Of a stretch of DNA of 64,000 nucleotides, positions 9,183 to 17,774 are shown in pieces. Origin of the DNA: Anaerolineae bacterium (GTDB taxonomy: Bacteria > Chloroflexota > Anaerolineae > DRVO01); contig JAXGMM010000003.1 in NCBI GenBank assembly GCA_040768685.1, positions 129,824-193,823 of the forward strand. The letters are read 5' to 3'. Numbering within the stretch: the stretch's first letter is position 1; every line of letters begins with the position of its first letter. The position numbers and the translations under genes are program-made. The notes beneath the pieces were generated by a model, which did not search any database, was not told where the DNA came from, and saw only the letters and a list, made by a program, of their open reading frames with translations.

Positions 9183-10046
9183 CTAGCCCATGCCGTCGAT
9201 CAGTTTGTGATAGGGACCGTAGTCCAGCAGCGGCCGCGGGTCGAAGGAGTAGTACACCTCGAGCCAGTGGTCGCCGTGGCGCCGACCCGCGCGCTGATCC
9301 ACCAGCCCCTCGATCACTTGACCCTGGCTCTTCCAGGCCAGCACCGCTTCCATCACCTTCTCTTCCACCTTGGGCGTGGCCACCACGGCGCGGTTGGCGC
9401 GCACCCTCGGGTCTTCGCCGCAGACGAGGGCATCTTCCGGCGAAAGGTCGGCCCACACGGCGTACTGCATGTAGCTGCGCACCGGCTTGGCCTTGCCGTA
9501 CTCGGCTAGGATGGCGTCGCCGACCTGTGGACCATCGAAGGCGCCCACACGGTGCACCGACTCGTGGTCGATATGCTCCCGGTACCCGTTCGGAATGAGC
9601 AGCCGCGTAACCTGTAGGCGCCTCAGCGCGGGTACCACATTGGCGGTGGTGCCCAGCCGGCCCGAATCCAGGTGCCAGCCGATGTGAGGCAGGAGGCTGA
9701 AGTCGGCGTAGCCCATCCGAAGCACGTTCTCCCGGGGTACTCCCATTGCCGTGTAGGCGTTGATAGTCTCTTGTGCCCGAATCTCGACTATGCCGGCGGC
9801 CTCCTCCGGCGTGCTGTACCCGGCCCAGCCGTTGCAGAAGACCATGACGAACACCTCGGCGCCGTTGGCGAGCGCCGACAGCATGGCGTAGCCCGCTCCC
9901 AGAGCAGCATCGTCATCGTGGGGGCTGAACACGGCCACCCGTTCATCGCCGGGCTTCCAGTCGGGGAACAACACCCCAAGATCGTTGCTAGCGGTGCGCT
10001 GTCTCAGGTCATAGTAACGAAAGTCGCCGGCGGTGATCTCAGGCAT
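9183..10046 (-). CDS. PIG-L / LmbE-family N-acetylglucosaminyl deacetylase-like protein
   Basis: VAVFSPHDDDAALGAG matches the LmbE/PIG-L AHPDDE zinc-binding signature. The His-rich HIDHESVH motif comes later. Start overlaps the upstream gene stop by 8 nt. Confidence 0.8.
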   Translation of the reverse strand: MPEITAGDFRYYDLRQRTASNDLGVLFPDWKPGDERVAVFSPHDDDAALGAGYAMLSALANGAEVFVMVFCNGWAGYSTPEEAAGIVEIRAQETINAYTAMGVPRENVLRMGYADFSLLPHIGWHLDSGRLGTTANVVPALRRLQVTRLLIPNGYREHIDHESVHRVGAFDGPQVGDAILAEYGKAKPVRSYMQYAVWADLSPEDALVCGEDPRVRANRAVVATPKVEEKVMEAVLAWKSQGQVIEGLVDQRAGRRHGDHWLEVYYSFDPRPLLDYGPYHKLIDGMG

Positions 10047-10944
10047 TCGGTCCTCCGGAAGAACTGTAGGCTCGCGCCGCCCGAGCTATGGCGGCGATAT
10101 GGGCAGGCGTGCTGCCGCAGCAGCCGCCGATGATGCGCGCTCCAGCATCGAGAAACCTGGCGGCGAAGGCGCCCATCGGCTCGGCGCCGACGTCGAAATG
10201 GGTCCGCCCGTCGGGCCCCAAGCTAGGGACGCCAGCGTTGGGCTTCGCCATCAAGGTGGCGTTCGGCAGCAGCCGGCGAAGCTCCAGAATCACGCCCAGG
10301 GTGTCTTCTAGGCTGTAACCGCAGTTGGCTCCGATGGCAGCTAGGCCTTCGTCCCACAGTTCTGCCACCTGGGCCGCGCCCGCTCCCATCATGGTGCGAC
10401 CGCCCTTCTGGAAGCTGAACGTGCAGATCACGGGCAAGCTGGTGGCAGACCGGGCCGCCTGGATGGCCGCCCGCGCCTCATTCACGTCCATCATGGTCTC
10501 CACCAGGATGGCATCGGCCCCGCCTTCCTCCAAGGCCTGCGCCTGCTCGGCGTAGGTATCGCGCGCCTCAGAGAATGAAAGCGTGCCCAACGGCTCCAGC
10601 AGCGTGCCGGTCGAGGACACGTCGCCCAAGACGAGCCGATCGGGCCCAGCGGCTTGGCGGGCGAGTGCGACGCCCAGCTTGTTCAACTCCGCGACCTGTT
10701 CCTCGAGCCCTTGGCGCCTCAACTGGATGCGGGTGGCGCCAAAGGTGTTGGACACCACCAGGTCCGATCCTGCCTCAACGTAGGCGGAGTGGACGGCTAG
10801 GATCGCCTCGGGATTGTCCCGGTTCCATAGCTCGGGCGGCATTCCGGGGCCTAGACCGGCGTCCTGGAGCATCGTGCCCATAGCGCCGTCCGCCACCAGT
10901 ATGCCTCGTGATAGCGCTGAATCTAGACGTGACTGCTCGGACAT
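10039..10944 (-). CDS. homocysteine S-methyltransferase domain protein (MmuM / MetH N-terminal Hcy-binding domain type)
   Basis: 301 aa. Near the N-terminus ILVADGAMGTML...SDLVVSNTFGAT. C-terminal zinc-ligand motif GGCCGSTPAHI typical of Pfam S-methyl_trans. Confidence 0.8.
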   Translation of the reverse strand: MSEQSRLDSALSRGILVADGAMGTMLQDAGLGPGMPPELWNRDNPEAILAVHSAYVEAGSDLVVSNTFGATRIQLRRQGLEEQVAELNKLGVALARQAAGPDRLVLGDVSSTGTLLEPLGTLSFSEARDTYAEQAQALEEGGADAILVETMMDVNEARAAIQAARSATSLPVICTFSFQKGGRTMMGAGAAQVAELWDEGLAAIGANCGYSLEDTLGVILELRRLLPNATLMAKPNAGVPSLGPDGRTHFDVGAEPMGAFAARFLDAGARIIGGCCGSTPAHIAAIARAARAYSSSGGPNA

Positions 10945-11104
10945 GGGTACCCTCGATCAACGGATCGCGCGGAAGGGCGAGTCCCCTCCTTTGCGTGGTG
11001 CCCAGTTTACGGCAGCCGCTGAACGCCGGTCAAAACCGTCGCTGGAGCGCGAGGACCAACGGCCGAGTGGCTTCGGTACGTCACGATTCTTAATGTCGGG
11101 CCTA

Positions 11105-11133
11105 TTGACGCCGGCCGACGGCCATGCTATCCT
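11105..11133 (+). promoter_or_regulatory. sigma70-like promoter (TTGACG - 17 nt - TATCCT) for the downstream candidate ncRNA
   Basis: TTGACG at 11105-11110, a 17-nt spacer, then TATCCT at 11128-11133. No protein gene follows on this strand. Confidence 0.35.
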
Positions 11134-11139
11134 TTGCTT

Positions 11140-11545
11140 ACGTCGGGCGGAGGTGAGAGCCGAAGTCCGGTGGGGAGCCTCAAGCAGTCGAGTACGTGCC
11201 ACGGGCGGACTGCAGCCGAAAGGAACCGAGGCCGACAAGCTGGCTCAGGACGGAGAGAGGGAGAGGTCCTTCGAAGGGGGGAACCCCGAGATCCGAGACC
11301 AGGCCGGAGCCCGGTGAACGCAGAGCGAACGGTCGGAGCCAGGAGTGGCCGAGACAGGTAAGCGAGGCGGGGAAGGGAAGCCAGATAGAGAGCCGAAAGG
11401 CAGGAGCTGGCGGTGTCGGGGGAGGTGGTCTTCGAAAGAAGACGAGTAGGCTGGAGAGAAACCCGGGGGAACCGAAAAGCTGGCTGAGGCTCCTTCTTTT
11501 GCCTCACTTTTGGGGGCCGGTCGTCTGACCGGCCCCCTTCCCGTT
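11140..11545 (+). ncRNA. candidate structured ncRNA of about 400 nt (best guess RNase P RNA, rnpB; unconfirmed)
   Basis: Roughly 450-bp non-coding gap with its own promoter. The RNA is purine-rich with several perfect GNRA hairpins (GUCUUC-GAAA-GAAGAC at 11418-11433; GCC-GAAA-GGC; GGGG-GGAA-CCCC). GUCGGGCGGAGGUGAGAGCCGAAGUCCGG resembles the RNase P P3/P4 region GGGCGGAGGGGAGGAAAGUCCGGGCUCC. GAGAAACCCGGGGGAACC resembles the ACAGAACCCGGCUUA / GAGAAACCC...GGGGAACC motifs. Ends in a strong hairpin GGGGGCCGGUC-n-GACCGGCCCCC at 11512-11537. The ORFs called here are Arg-rich junk. Confidence 0.35.
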
Positions 11546-11855
11546 GCTGCTCCGCTTCACTCACGCATCGTCCTGTCCGTGGTCAGGGCCATGCTCCGCG
11601 AACGGGATGCGCCCAGCCGCCGGCAGCACCGCTGCCGGATACGCGCTCGGCGGCGAGGATCGGCACCTTGGAGGGGATGAAGCCGGCGTCTAGGCAAGTG
11701 GCGGCGCCGGTGCAATCACGAGGTAGCCGTAGTAGATCGCGGTAGGGCAAAAGCATGGAGGGGTGGCCCAGAGAAGCCAAGTTGGCCTGCGGTCGAGTGG
11801 CCGCCCGCGTCGATCCGCCGAGCATCGGATCGTCAGGGCCGGTGGCGCTTCGGTC

Positions 11856-12404
11856 TCAGGGCAACTCGGTGCTCACCGAGAGGCCATCACCGTCCGCGAG
11901 GCCCTCCACGTCTTGCTCGCCGGCGTACGCAACCGTCCCCGGCTCTGCCCGGTCGATGAAGAGCACGCCCTCAAGATGATCGATCTCGTGCTGAAAAGCA
12001 CGCGCTAGCAGGCCCTCTGCCCTCATACGAACGTCTTTGCCGTGCACGTCCTGGCCCTTGACCGTTATCTGCAGAGCGCGCCGGACCTCTCCGAAGAAGC
12101 CGGGCACTGACAGGCAGCCCTCGGGGCCGACCTGCTCCCCCTTCGCCTTGACGATCTCCGGGTTCACCAGCGCCATTCTGGTTGCGACGCCGGACTCGTC
12201 CTCGCTGTCCGCGGGGACGTCCACGACGATGACTCGTTCCGAGACGCCGATCTGGGGCGCAGCCAGACCCAGCCCGTTGGCGGCATCGAGAGTGTCGAAC
12301 ATGGTGTCCACCAGTTCTTGGAGCTTCGAGCCGTAGCGGCGCACCGCCCTAGCTCTCCGCCGCAGTACTGGGTCTCCTTCTACAACGATCTCATTCTCAG
12401 CCAT
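11856..12404 (-). CDS. def: peptide deformylase
   Basis: The three PDF motifs are present: GLAAPQIG, EGCLSVPG and HEIDHLEG. Start placed at MAENEIV. The track ORF begins 4 codons earlier. Confidence 0.85.
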   Translation of the reverse strand: MAENEIVVEGDPVLRRRARAVRRYGSKLQELVDTMFDTLDAANGLGLAAPQIGVSERVIVVDVPADSEDESGVATRMALVNPEIVKAKGEQVGPEGCLSVPGFFGEVRRALQITVKGQDVHGKDVRMRAEGLLARAFQHEIDHLEGVLFIDRAEPGTVAYAGEQDVEGLADGDGLSVSTELP

Positions 12405-12484
12405 AGCTCCCATCAAGGAGCGAGCCCCTTAACCGTCGCCGGCCGGGGCTCGCTCTCCACGTCAATGCGGAACGCCGGAATGCC

Positions 12485-12700
12485 CTAGCCGGCTGGGGCG
12501 GCAGCCGCTTCCACGGCAGCATTGAGATCGGTCATCAGGGCCTCAACATCGATGCCGTGGGCCATGGCGCCCTGCTCAATGTTCTCAAAACGAGCAGCAG
12601 CACAGCCAAGGCAGAAGAGACCGTGCCGAAGGAATACCTCTATAGTCTGCGGGTAGTTCTGAACCGTCTCGCCGATGGTCATCTCGCGATCAATGGTCAC
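12485..12700 (-). CDS. DUF1858-domain small protein (hybrid-cluster-protein-associated redox disulfide domain type)
   Basis: 71 aa. MTIGETVQNYPQTIEVFLRHGLFCLGCAAA matches the DUF1858 signature (..ETP...FL..GL.C.GC). Confidence 0.6.
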   Translation of the reverse strand: MTIDREMTIGETVQNYPQTIEVFLRHGLFCLGCAAARFENIEQGAMAHGIDVEALMTDLNAAVEAAAAPAG

Positions 12701-12800
12701 CTATTGTCCTCCGTCTGGTGCGAGGCGTCACATCTTCGCACATACGCAACCGGCTACGATTATAGCATCAGCAGTCAATCCGGCCAAGCGCTTGGTAGAC

Positions 12801-12856
12801 CGGCGGCCGCATTCCGCTGCACACTGGCGCGGCCGCCGGAATCTGCTACAGTGTGC
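12801..12856. promoter_or_regulatory. nested inverted repeats in divergent intergenic region (possible operator)
   Basis: CGGCGGCCGC at 12801-12810 pairs with GCGGCCGCCG at 12829-12838. GCACACTG at 12819-12826 pairs with CAGTGTGC at 12849-12856. The repeats sit between the DUF1858 gene and the creatininase-family gene. Confidence 0.3.
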
Positions 12857-12893
12857 CGGCAGGCGAGCACCAACTAACCCGTAGGGGCAAGCT

Positions 12894-13625
12894 GTGCTGA
12901 CATCGGAGAACACCTGGCGGGATGTTGAGAGGTCCCGGGCAACCATCGCGGTGCTGCCCGTGGGCGCTACGGAGCAACACGGCACCAACCTGCCCCTCAG
13001 CACCGATACGCTGATTGTCGACAGGATAGCCGCGGCGGTGGCTGAGGCGTTCGATGCCTACCTGCTCCCGACGCTGCCGGTGGGCGCCTCGGCAACCCAC
13101 CTCTCCTTTCCAGGCACCCTGAGCCTCAGACACGAAACCCTGGCCAGCGTTATTCGCGACCTGGTCGATTCGCTTGTGCGGACCGGCTTCAGCACGGTGA
13201 TACTGCTCTCCTGGCACGGCGGCAACTACGTCGTCTTCGACCCTGCCTTCCACGAGGAACTGCGCCTCCGGCATCCGGGCTTGCGCGTGATCGTCCCGCA
13301 CAACGTCCCCGCCCGCAACGAGGCCGTTCAGGCCGCCGGGTTCACCACCGATGAGTGGCATGCTGGGGAGAGGGAGGCTTCGCAAGTGGCCTCGCTGCGC
13401 CCCGATCTCGTCGGGCCGGAGCCCACCGACGCGCCCGACTTCCGCGAGCGTATCGTTGGCGTTCCGGTGACCACCGAGACCGGCTTCCCCCAGGACGTCC
13501 GCCGGGTGTCGCCAATGGGCTCGCTGGGCGAGCCGTCCAAGGGCAGCGCCGAGAAAGGCAACCGCTTCTGGGAAGCGTACCTTCCCGGACTCATCGAGTC
13601 TCTGCGCAAGGAGATCGGACGATGA
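12894..13625 (+). CDS. creatininase-family amidohydrolase (creatinine amidohydrolase / MftE-like fold)
   Basis: IAVLPVGATEQHGTNLPLSTDT and LSWHGGN are characteristic of the creatininase family (PF02633). Confidence 0.75.
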   Translation: MLTSENTWRDVERSRATIAVLPVGATEQHGTNLPLSTDTLIVDRIAAAVAEAFDAYLLPTLPVGASATHLSFPGTLSLRHETLASVIRDLVDSLVRTGFSTVILLSWHGGNYVVFDPAFHEELRLRHPGLRVIVPHNVPARNEAVQAAGFTTDEWHAGEREASQVASLRPDLVGPEPTDAPDFRERIVGVPVTTETGFPQDVRRVSPMGSLGEPSKGSAEKGNRFWEAYLPGLIESLRKEIGR

Positions 13626-14377
13626 CGCGAGAGGAACTGACGCGCCTCTGCAACTTGGTGGAAGAGCGCAGCGGCTGGGACTTCTCCAGCGTACAGGACC
13701 GGCGTGACCCCGTTCCCTGGGAGTACCACGACGTCGTCCGGGGCTATCTGCGGCCCGACGACATAGTCCTGGACGTCGGCACCGGCGGCGGCGAACGCTT
13801 TCTGCGGCTGGCCCCGTACTTCGGCCAGGGGCCGGGCACGGATATCAGCGAGGAGATGATCGCCACCGCACGCGCCAACACGACCGCCGATCTGGCGAGC
13901 AAAGTGACCTTCCGAGTGATGCCGGCCGAGCACCTCGAGCTGGAGGATGAGTCGTTCGACGTGGTGCTCAACCGGCACGCCAACCTCTGCCCGGCCGAGA
14001 TAGTGCGCGTGCTTCGGCCCGGCGGCCGCTTCATCACCCAGCAGGTGGGCGACCGTAACACCGAACTCATCTGCCGCGTCTTCGGCTGCACTCCGGGCGG
14101 CGAGTACGATGCCTCCCTCTGGGACGACGTGCCCGCCGTGCGCGACGCGCTACAGGCCCTCGGATGCGAGATCGAGGCGTGGGCGGAATACGACGTCCGC
14201 TACTGGTTTCTCGATCTGCAGTCCTTTGCCTTCTGGCTCAAGGCGCTTCCCATGCCGGAGGACTTCCGTCCGGAGCGGCACTGGGAGCAGGTGGCGCGCA
14301 TCCTGGCGGAGTCCGCCGGACCGGACGGCATCCTGAGCAACGAGCACCGGCTTTTGCTGGTGGCGCGGAAGGCATAG
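13622..14377 (+). CDS. class I SAM-dependent methyltransferase
   Basis: Motif I VLDVGTGGGERF. Acidic motif II region DVVLNRHA. Rossmann-fold MTase layout. The ATG overlaps the upstream TGA (ATGA), indicating translational coupling. Start taken at MTREELTRL inside the longer track ORF. Confidence 0.75.
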   Translation: MTREELTRLCNLVEERSGWDFSSVQDRRDPVPWEYHDVVRGYLRPDDIVLDVGTGGGERFLRLAPYFGQGPGTDISEEMIATARANTTADLASKVTFRVMPAEHLELEDESFDVVLNRHANLCPAEIVRVLRPGGRFITQQVGDRNTELICRVFGCTPGGEYDASLWDDVPAVRDALQALGCEIEAWAEYDVRYWFLDLQSFAFWLKALPMPEDFRPERHWEQVARILAESAGPDGILSNEHRLLLVARKA

Positions 14378-14733
14378 CGTGAGCGGTGAGGACGGCCGTG
14401 CCCAATCCCCGACCCTCTCGCGTGACGCCTAGCCGCTAGCCGCGGCCTCGAGAGTCGGCGGAGCCCGGTGCCCGGAGCTTGTGCCTTGCCACACCGACCT
14501 GCACCGGCTGGATTTGAACGACGTCGGCGACGAGGGATCCTTCTGCTTGCCGGTCTGGGAGGTCGACGTTCACGGCGAGCAGGCCATCCCGGACTACTGC
14601 CTGCGCCGGTGGGATGCACTGGATCGTGCTTCTGATCGGGTCGCGCGGAGGCTGTACGACACCACCGGGGCCGCCGGCCGGCGGGGCCGTCGGCGCCCGG
14701 ACGAGTTGTCTGAGGTGAACGGACGCCCGGCCT

Positions 14734-16389
14734 CTAGGCTGGGGACACCAGCACTAGAGGCAGAATCACCGGGTTGCGGCCGGTCTGCTCATGGAAGTGC
14801 CGGGCAAGCACCTCCCGCACGCGGTCGGCGATGGCTCCGCGACCTAGGGGCCGCGACTCTTCCAGGTCCTTTAGCAGCACGTCACGGGCGCCGTCCAGGA
14901 CGCTGCCGAACTCGGGCAGGTACACGAACCCGCGCGACACGATCTCCGGCTCCCCGATGACCAGTCCGGTGCTGCGGTCCATCAGCACGGACACGGCCAC
15001 CGCTCCCGCCTCCGCAAGCGCTGCCCGGTTCCGCATCACCGACGGGCCGATGTCGCCTACCCCGGCCCCATCCACGAAGACGTAGCCGCCCGGCATCCGC
15101 TCGCCGATCCAGCCGCGTTCGGCCGTGAAGTGCATCTGGTAGCCGTTCTCGACGACGAACACGTTCTCTCGCGGGACGCCCATCTCCATGGCCGTGCGGG
15201 CGTGCATGTGCAGATGGCGCAGTTCGCCATGGATGGGGACGAAGTAGCGCGGCCGCGTCATCGCCAGCAGCAGCTTCTCCTCCTCCTGGCTGGCATGACC
15301 GGAGACGTGCACCGGCAGCATCTGATCGGTGATGACATTGGCGCCGCGCTGGAAGAGGCGGTTGATGATGCGCCCCACCATCTCCTCATTGCCCGGGATC
15401 GGATGCGCCGAGAGCACGACGGTGTCGCCGCTGCGCACGGTAACGTGGGCGTGCTTGCCGGCCGCCATCCGCGCCAGGGCCGCCGAGGGCTCACCCTGGC
15501 TCCCGGTAGCCAGAATCGTGACCTCGTCGTCGTTCAGGCGGCCGACGTCCTCTATCTTGACCCGAACGCCCTCGGGGACCCTCAGGTAGCCCAGTTCCTG
15601 GGCCATGTCGGTGTTCTTTTCCATGCTAAAGCCGGTGATGGCCACCTTGCGGCCGTGGCGAACCGAGGCATCGATCACCTGCTGGACGCGCGAGACCAGC
15701 GAAGCGAACGTGACCACGATCACCCGGCCCGCCGCCTCGTCGAACACCTCGGAGAAGGCCTCGGACACCACCCGCTCCGAAGGAGTGAACCCGGGCGAGT
15801 CGGCGTTGGTGCTGTCCGCCAGGAGCACGAAGACACCCTCGCTGCCGAGCATCGCCAGCTTGGCGAAGTCGGCGCCTCGGCCTTGCACCGGCGTGTAGTC
15901 GAACTTGAAGTCGCCGCTGTGGACCACCGGTCCCAGAGGCGTCCGGATCACCAGACCCATTCCTTCCGGGATGCTGTGGTTGACGGAGAAGAACTCCACG
16001 TCAAAGGCGCCGAGCTGCACCCGATCGCTCATCTTGATCTCATGAAGGTCGGCCACGCTGAGCATCCTGTGCTCCTTGAGGCGTACCTTCACCAGGCCGA
16101 GGGTCAAGTCGCTTCCATAGATGGGTGCGTTCACACTGCGCAGAAAGTAGGGCAGCCCGCCGATGTGGTCCTCGTGGCCGTGGGTGAGCACAACGCCGCG
16201 AATGCGGTCCGCCTTGGGTAGCAGGAACGTGAAGTCGGGGAGAACCAGGTCTATGCCGAGCATGTCCCCCTCAGGGAACATGACGCCGCAGTCGACGATC
16301 AGGATGTCCTCCCCGTATTCGATGGCCATCATATTCTTGCCGATCTCGCCCAGGCCACCTATGGGCGTGATGATCAATTCATCTAACAC
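14734..16389 (-). CDS. rnj: ribonuclease J (beta-CASP metallo-beta-lactamase RNase)
   Basis: MIITPIGGLGEIGKNMMAIEY at the N-terminus. HxHxDH motif VVLTHGHEDHIGGLPY. beta-CASP region and C-terminal RNase J domain. 551 aa. Confidence 0.9.
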   Translation of the reverse strand: MLDELIITPIGGLGEIGKNMMAIEYGEDILIVDCGVMFPEGDMLGIDLVLPDFTFLLPKADRIRGVVLTHGHEDHIGGLPYFLRSVNAPIYGSDLTLGLVKVRLKEHRMLSVADLHEIKMSDRVQLGAFDVEFFSVNHSIPEGMGLVIRTPLGPVVHSGDFKFDYTPVQGRGADFAKLAMLGSEGVFVLLADSTNADSPGFTPSERVVSEAFSEVFDEAAGRVIVVTFASLVSRVQQVIDASVRHGRKVAITGFSMEKNTDMAQELGYLRVPEGVRVKIEDVGRLNDDEVTILATGSQGEPSAALARMAAGKHAHVTVRSGDTVVLSAHPIPGNEEMVGRIINRLFQRGANVITDQMLPVHVSGHASQEEEKLLLAMTRPRYFVPIHGELRHLHMHARTAMEMGVPRENVFVVENGYQMHFTAERGWIGERMPGGYVFVDGAGVGDIGPSVMRNRAALAEAGAVAVSVLMDRSTGLVIGEPEIVSRGFVYLPEFGSVLDGARDVLLKDLEESRPLGRGAIADRVREVLARHFHEQTGRNPVILPLVLVSPA

Positions 16390-16472
16390 AGATCACTCCA
16401 TATACCAGACGCAGCCCACCCCCAGAGCCATTGGGGGCGGTCTTCACTTACACTACATTGTACCATGAATGG

Positions 16473-17774
16473 CTAGGCGGCGGCGGGGGTTTTGGCAACG
16501 CTCCGGGGCAGCAACAGGCTCAGGATCAGGCCGAGAGCCACCAAGACCAGAGTCACGGCCGGGAGGGCAGTCTCGATTCCGCCGCGGTCGGCAAGGTACC
16601 CGATCAGAAAGACGCTCAGGCTGCCCAGGGCCCAGCCCACCCCCATCATCAGGCCGGACGCCACTGCGGCAGTGCGCGGGATGACCTCCTGGGCCATCAC
16701 CGTGTTCACCGGCGCGCTTGCCGTCATCACCGCCGAGCCGATCGCCAGGTAGATGAACCGCAGCAGCCCGTCGCTGTTGAAGAAGAGGTACACGAACGGA
16801 AGGGCGACGGCGAAGGATCCCCAGATGACCAGGCGACGGCCGAACCGGTCGCTAAGCGGCCCCCCAAGCAACGTACCCACCGCCCCCGCCAGGCGGTAGA
16901 CTACGATAGCCGTGGCCCCCAGGGCGATGGCCAGCCCCTTAGCCTCCAGGTAGATGGGGAGCATCGTGCTGATGCCAACCGCGGCCGCCGAGCGAAGCGT
17001 CATGATGCCTAGCAGCAGCACCAACTGGTTGCCCGAGCCCTGGAAGGCAGCCCGAAACGACACCGGCTTACGCTTGTAGGCCATCTGCTCCAGTGGCTCT
17101 CGCATAGCGCGGTTCACCAGCCAGGCGGCCGCCAGACCGGGCAGCGCCAGGACGGCCAGGCTATCCAGGCCCCACTGCTCCACCACCACAACCGCCACGA
17201 TCGGCCCCAGAGCGTGGCCGATGCTGCCGCCGGTAGAGAAGACGGATATGGCGGTGCCGGCCTGCCCGCGCGCGAGGATGGCCGACATAGCGGCGCCCTG
17301 TGGGTGGTAGAGTGCCACGCCTAGGCCGCCGACAATGATCAACAGTGCCAGGGTGCCCACGTTCGGAGCCAGGCCCAGCAGGCTGAAAAGGATCGCCGCC
17401 ACCACCAACCCCCAGGCGGCGTAGGGGCGCGGCCGGCGCGCATCCACTAGGTAGCCCAGGACCGGCTGAATCAGCGAGGTGGAGAAGGACTGCAGCGACG
17501 CCAAGCCGCCGGCCACCGAGAGAGAGAATCCCAACTTAGCGATCAGATACGGCAGTACCGTGGGCAAGTAACCGGGGTAGAAGTCGGCGCCGGCATGTCC
17601 GACGGCCAGAGCCAGTACCGACCGGACGCGCCTGCGCTCGGTACTGTGACGCCGCGGCTTGGAGGGTGCAGCCTCTAGTTCCGTCGTCGGCGTGCTCACA
17701 AGCCGCGCCCTGTCTGCCCGCCCTGAGTGCCGGCCAGCACGAAGATGCCCGTCTCCGCCCTCAGGTTCGGCCAA
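16473..17774 (-). CDS. MFS transporter (true start probably internal)
   Basis: 12-TM hydrophobicity pattern. The ORF N-terminal 80 nt overlap the metW 3' end, so the real start is likely downstream of the track start. Confidence 0.7.
   Translation of the reverse strand: MAEPEGGDGHLRAGRHSGRADRARLVSTPTTELEAAPSKPRRHSTERRRVRSVLALAVGHAGADFYPGYLPTVLPYLIAKLGFSLSVAGGLASLQSFSTSLIQPVLGYLVDARRPRPYAAWGLVVAAILFSLLGLAPNVGTLALLIIVGGLGVALYHPQGAAMSAILARGQAGTAISVFSTGGSIGHALGPIVAVVVVEQWGLDSLAVLALPGLAAAWLVNRAMREPLEQMAYKRKPVSFRAAFQGSGNQLVLLLGIMTLRSAAAVGISTMLPIYLEAKGLAIALGATAIVVYRLAGAVGTLLGGPLSDRFGRRLVIWGSFAVALPFVYLFFNSDGLLRFIYLAIGSAVMTASAPVNTVMAQEVIPRTAAVASGLMMGVGWALGSLSVFLIGYLADRGGIETALPAVTLVLVALGLILSLLLPRSVAKTPAAA

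Noticed and set aside
10945-11100. Possible SAM or cobalamin riboswitch upstream of the homocysteine methyltransferase
   Set aside because: The minus-strand leader from the candidate promoter (TTGACC-18-TAAACT) is only about 60 nt. The SAM-I core (AUCAAGAG...GGAGGGA..GGCCC) and B12-box (GCCACUG) were not found; only a GCCACUC near-match.
11134-11528. Two overlapping plus-strand ORFs (75 and 110 aa) in the Hcy-MTase/def gap
   Set aside because: Translations are Arg/Gly/Glu-rich junk from a purine-rich strand with no RBS. The region is better explained as a structured RNA.
11512-11537. GC hairpin GGGGGCCGGUC/GACCGGCCCCC considered as a terminator for def on the minus strand
   Set aside because: On the minus strand it is followed by an A-rich rather than U-rich tract and lies about 320 nt from the def stop. 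It fits better as the 3' end of the plus-strand ncRNA candidate.
14481-14960. 159-aa plus-strand ORF in the convergent gap between the methyltransferase and RNase J
   Set aside because: It reads 226 nt into the rnj coding region on the opposite strand without a stop. The gap instead contains inverted repeats (CCUCUAG..CUAGAGG at the rnj stop) consistent with terminator structures.
15130-16221. 363-aa plus-strand ORF antisense to RNase J
   Set aside because: Overlapped completely by the conserved rnj frame. His/Arg/Ala-rich artefact.
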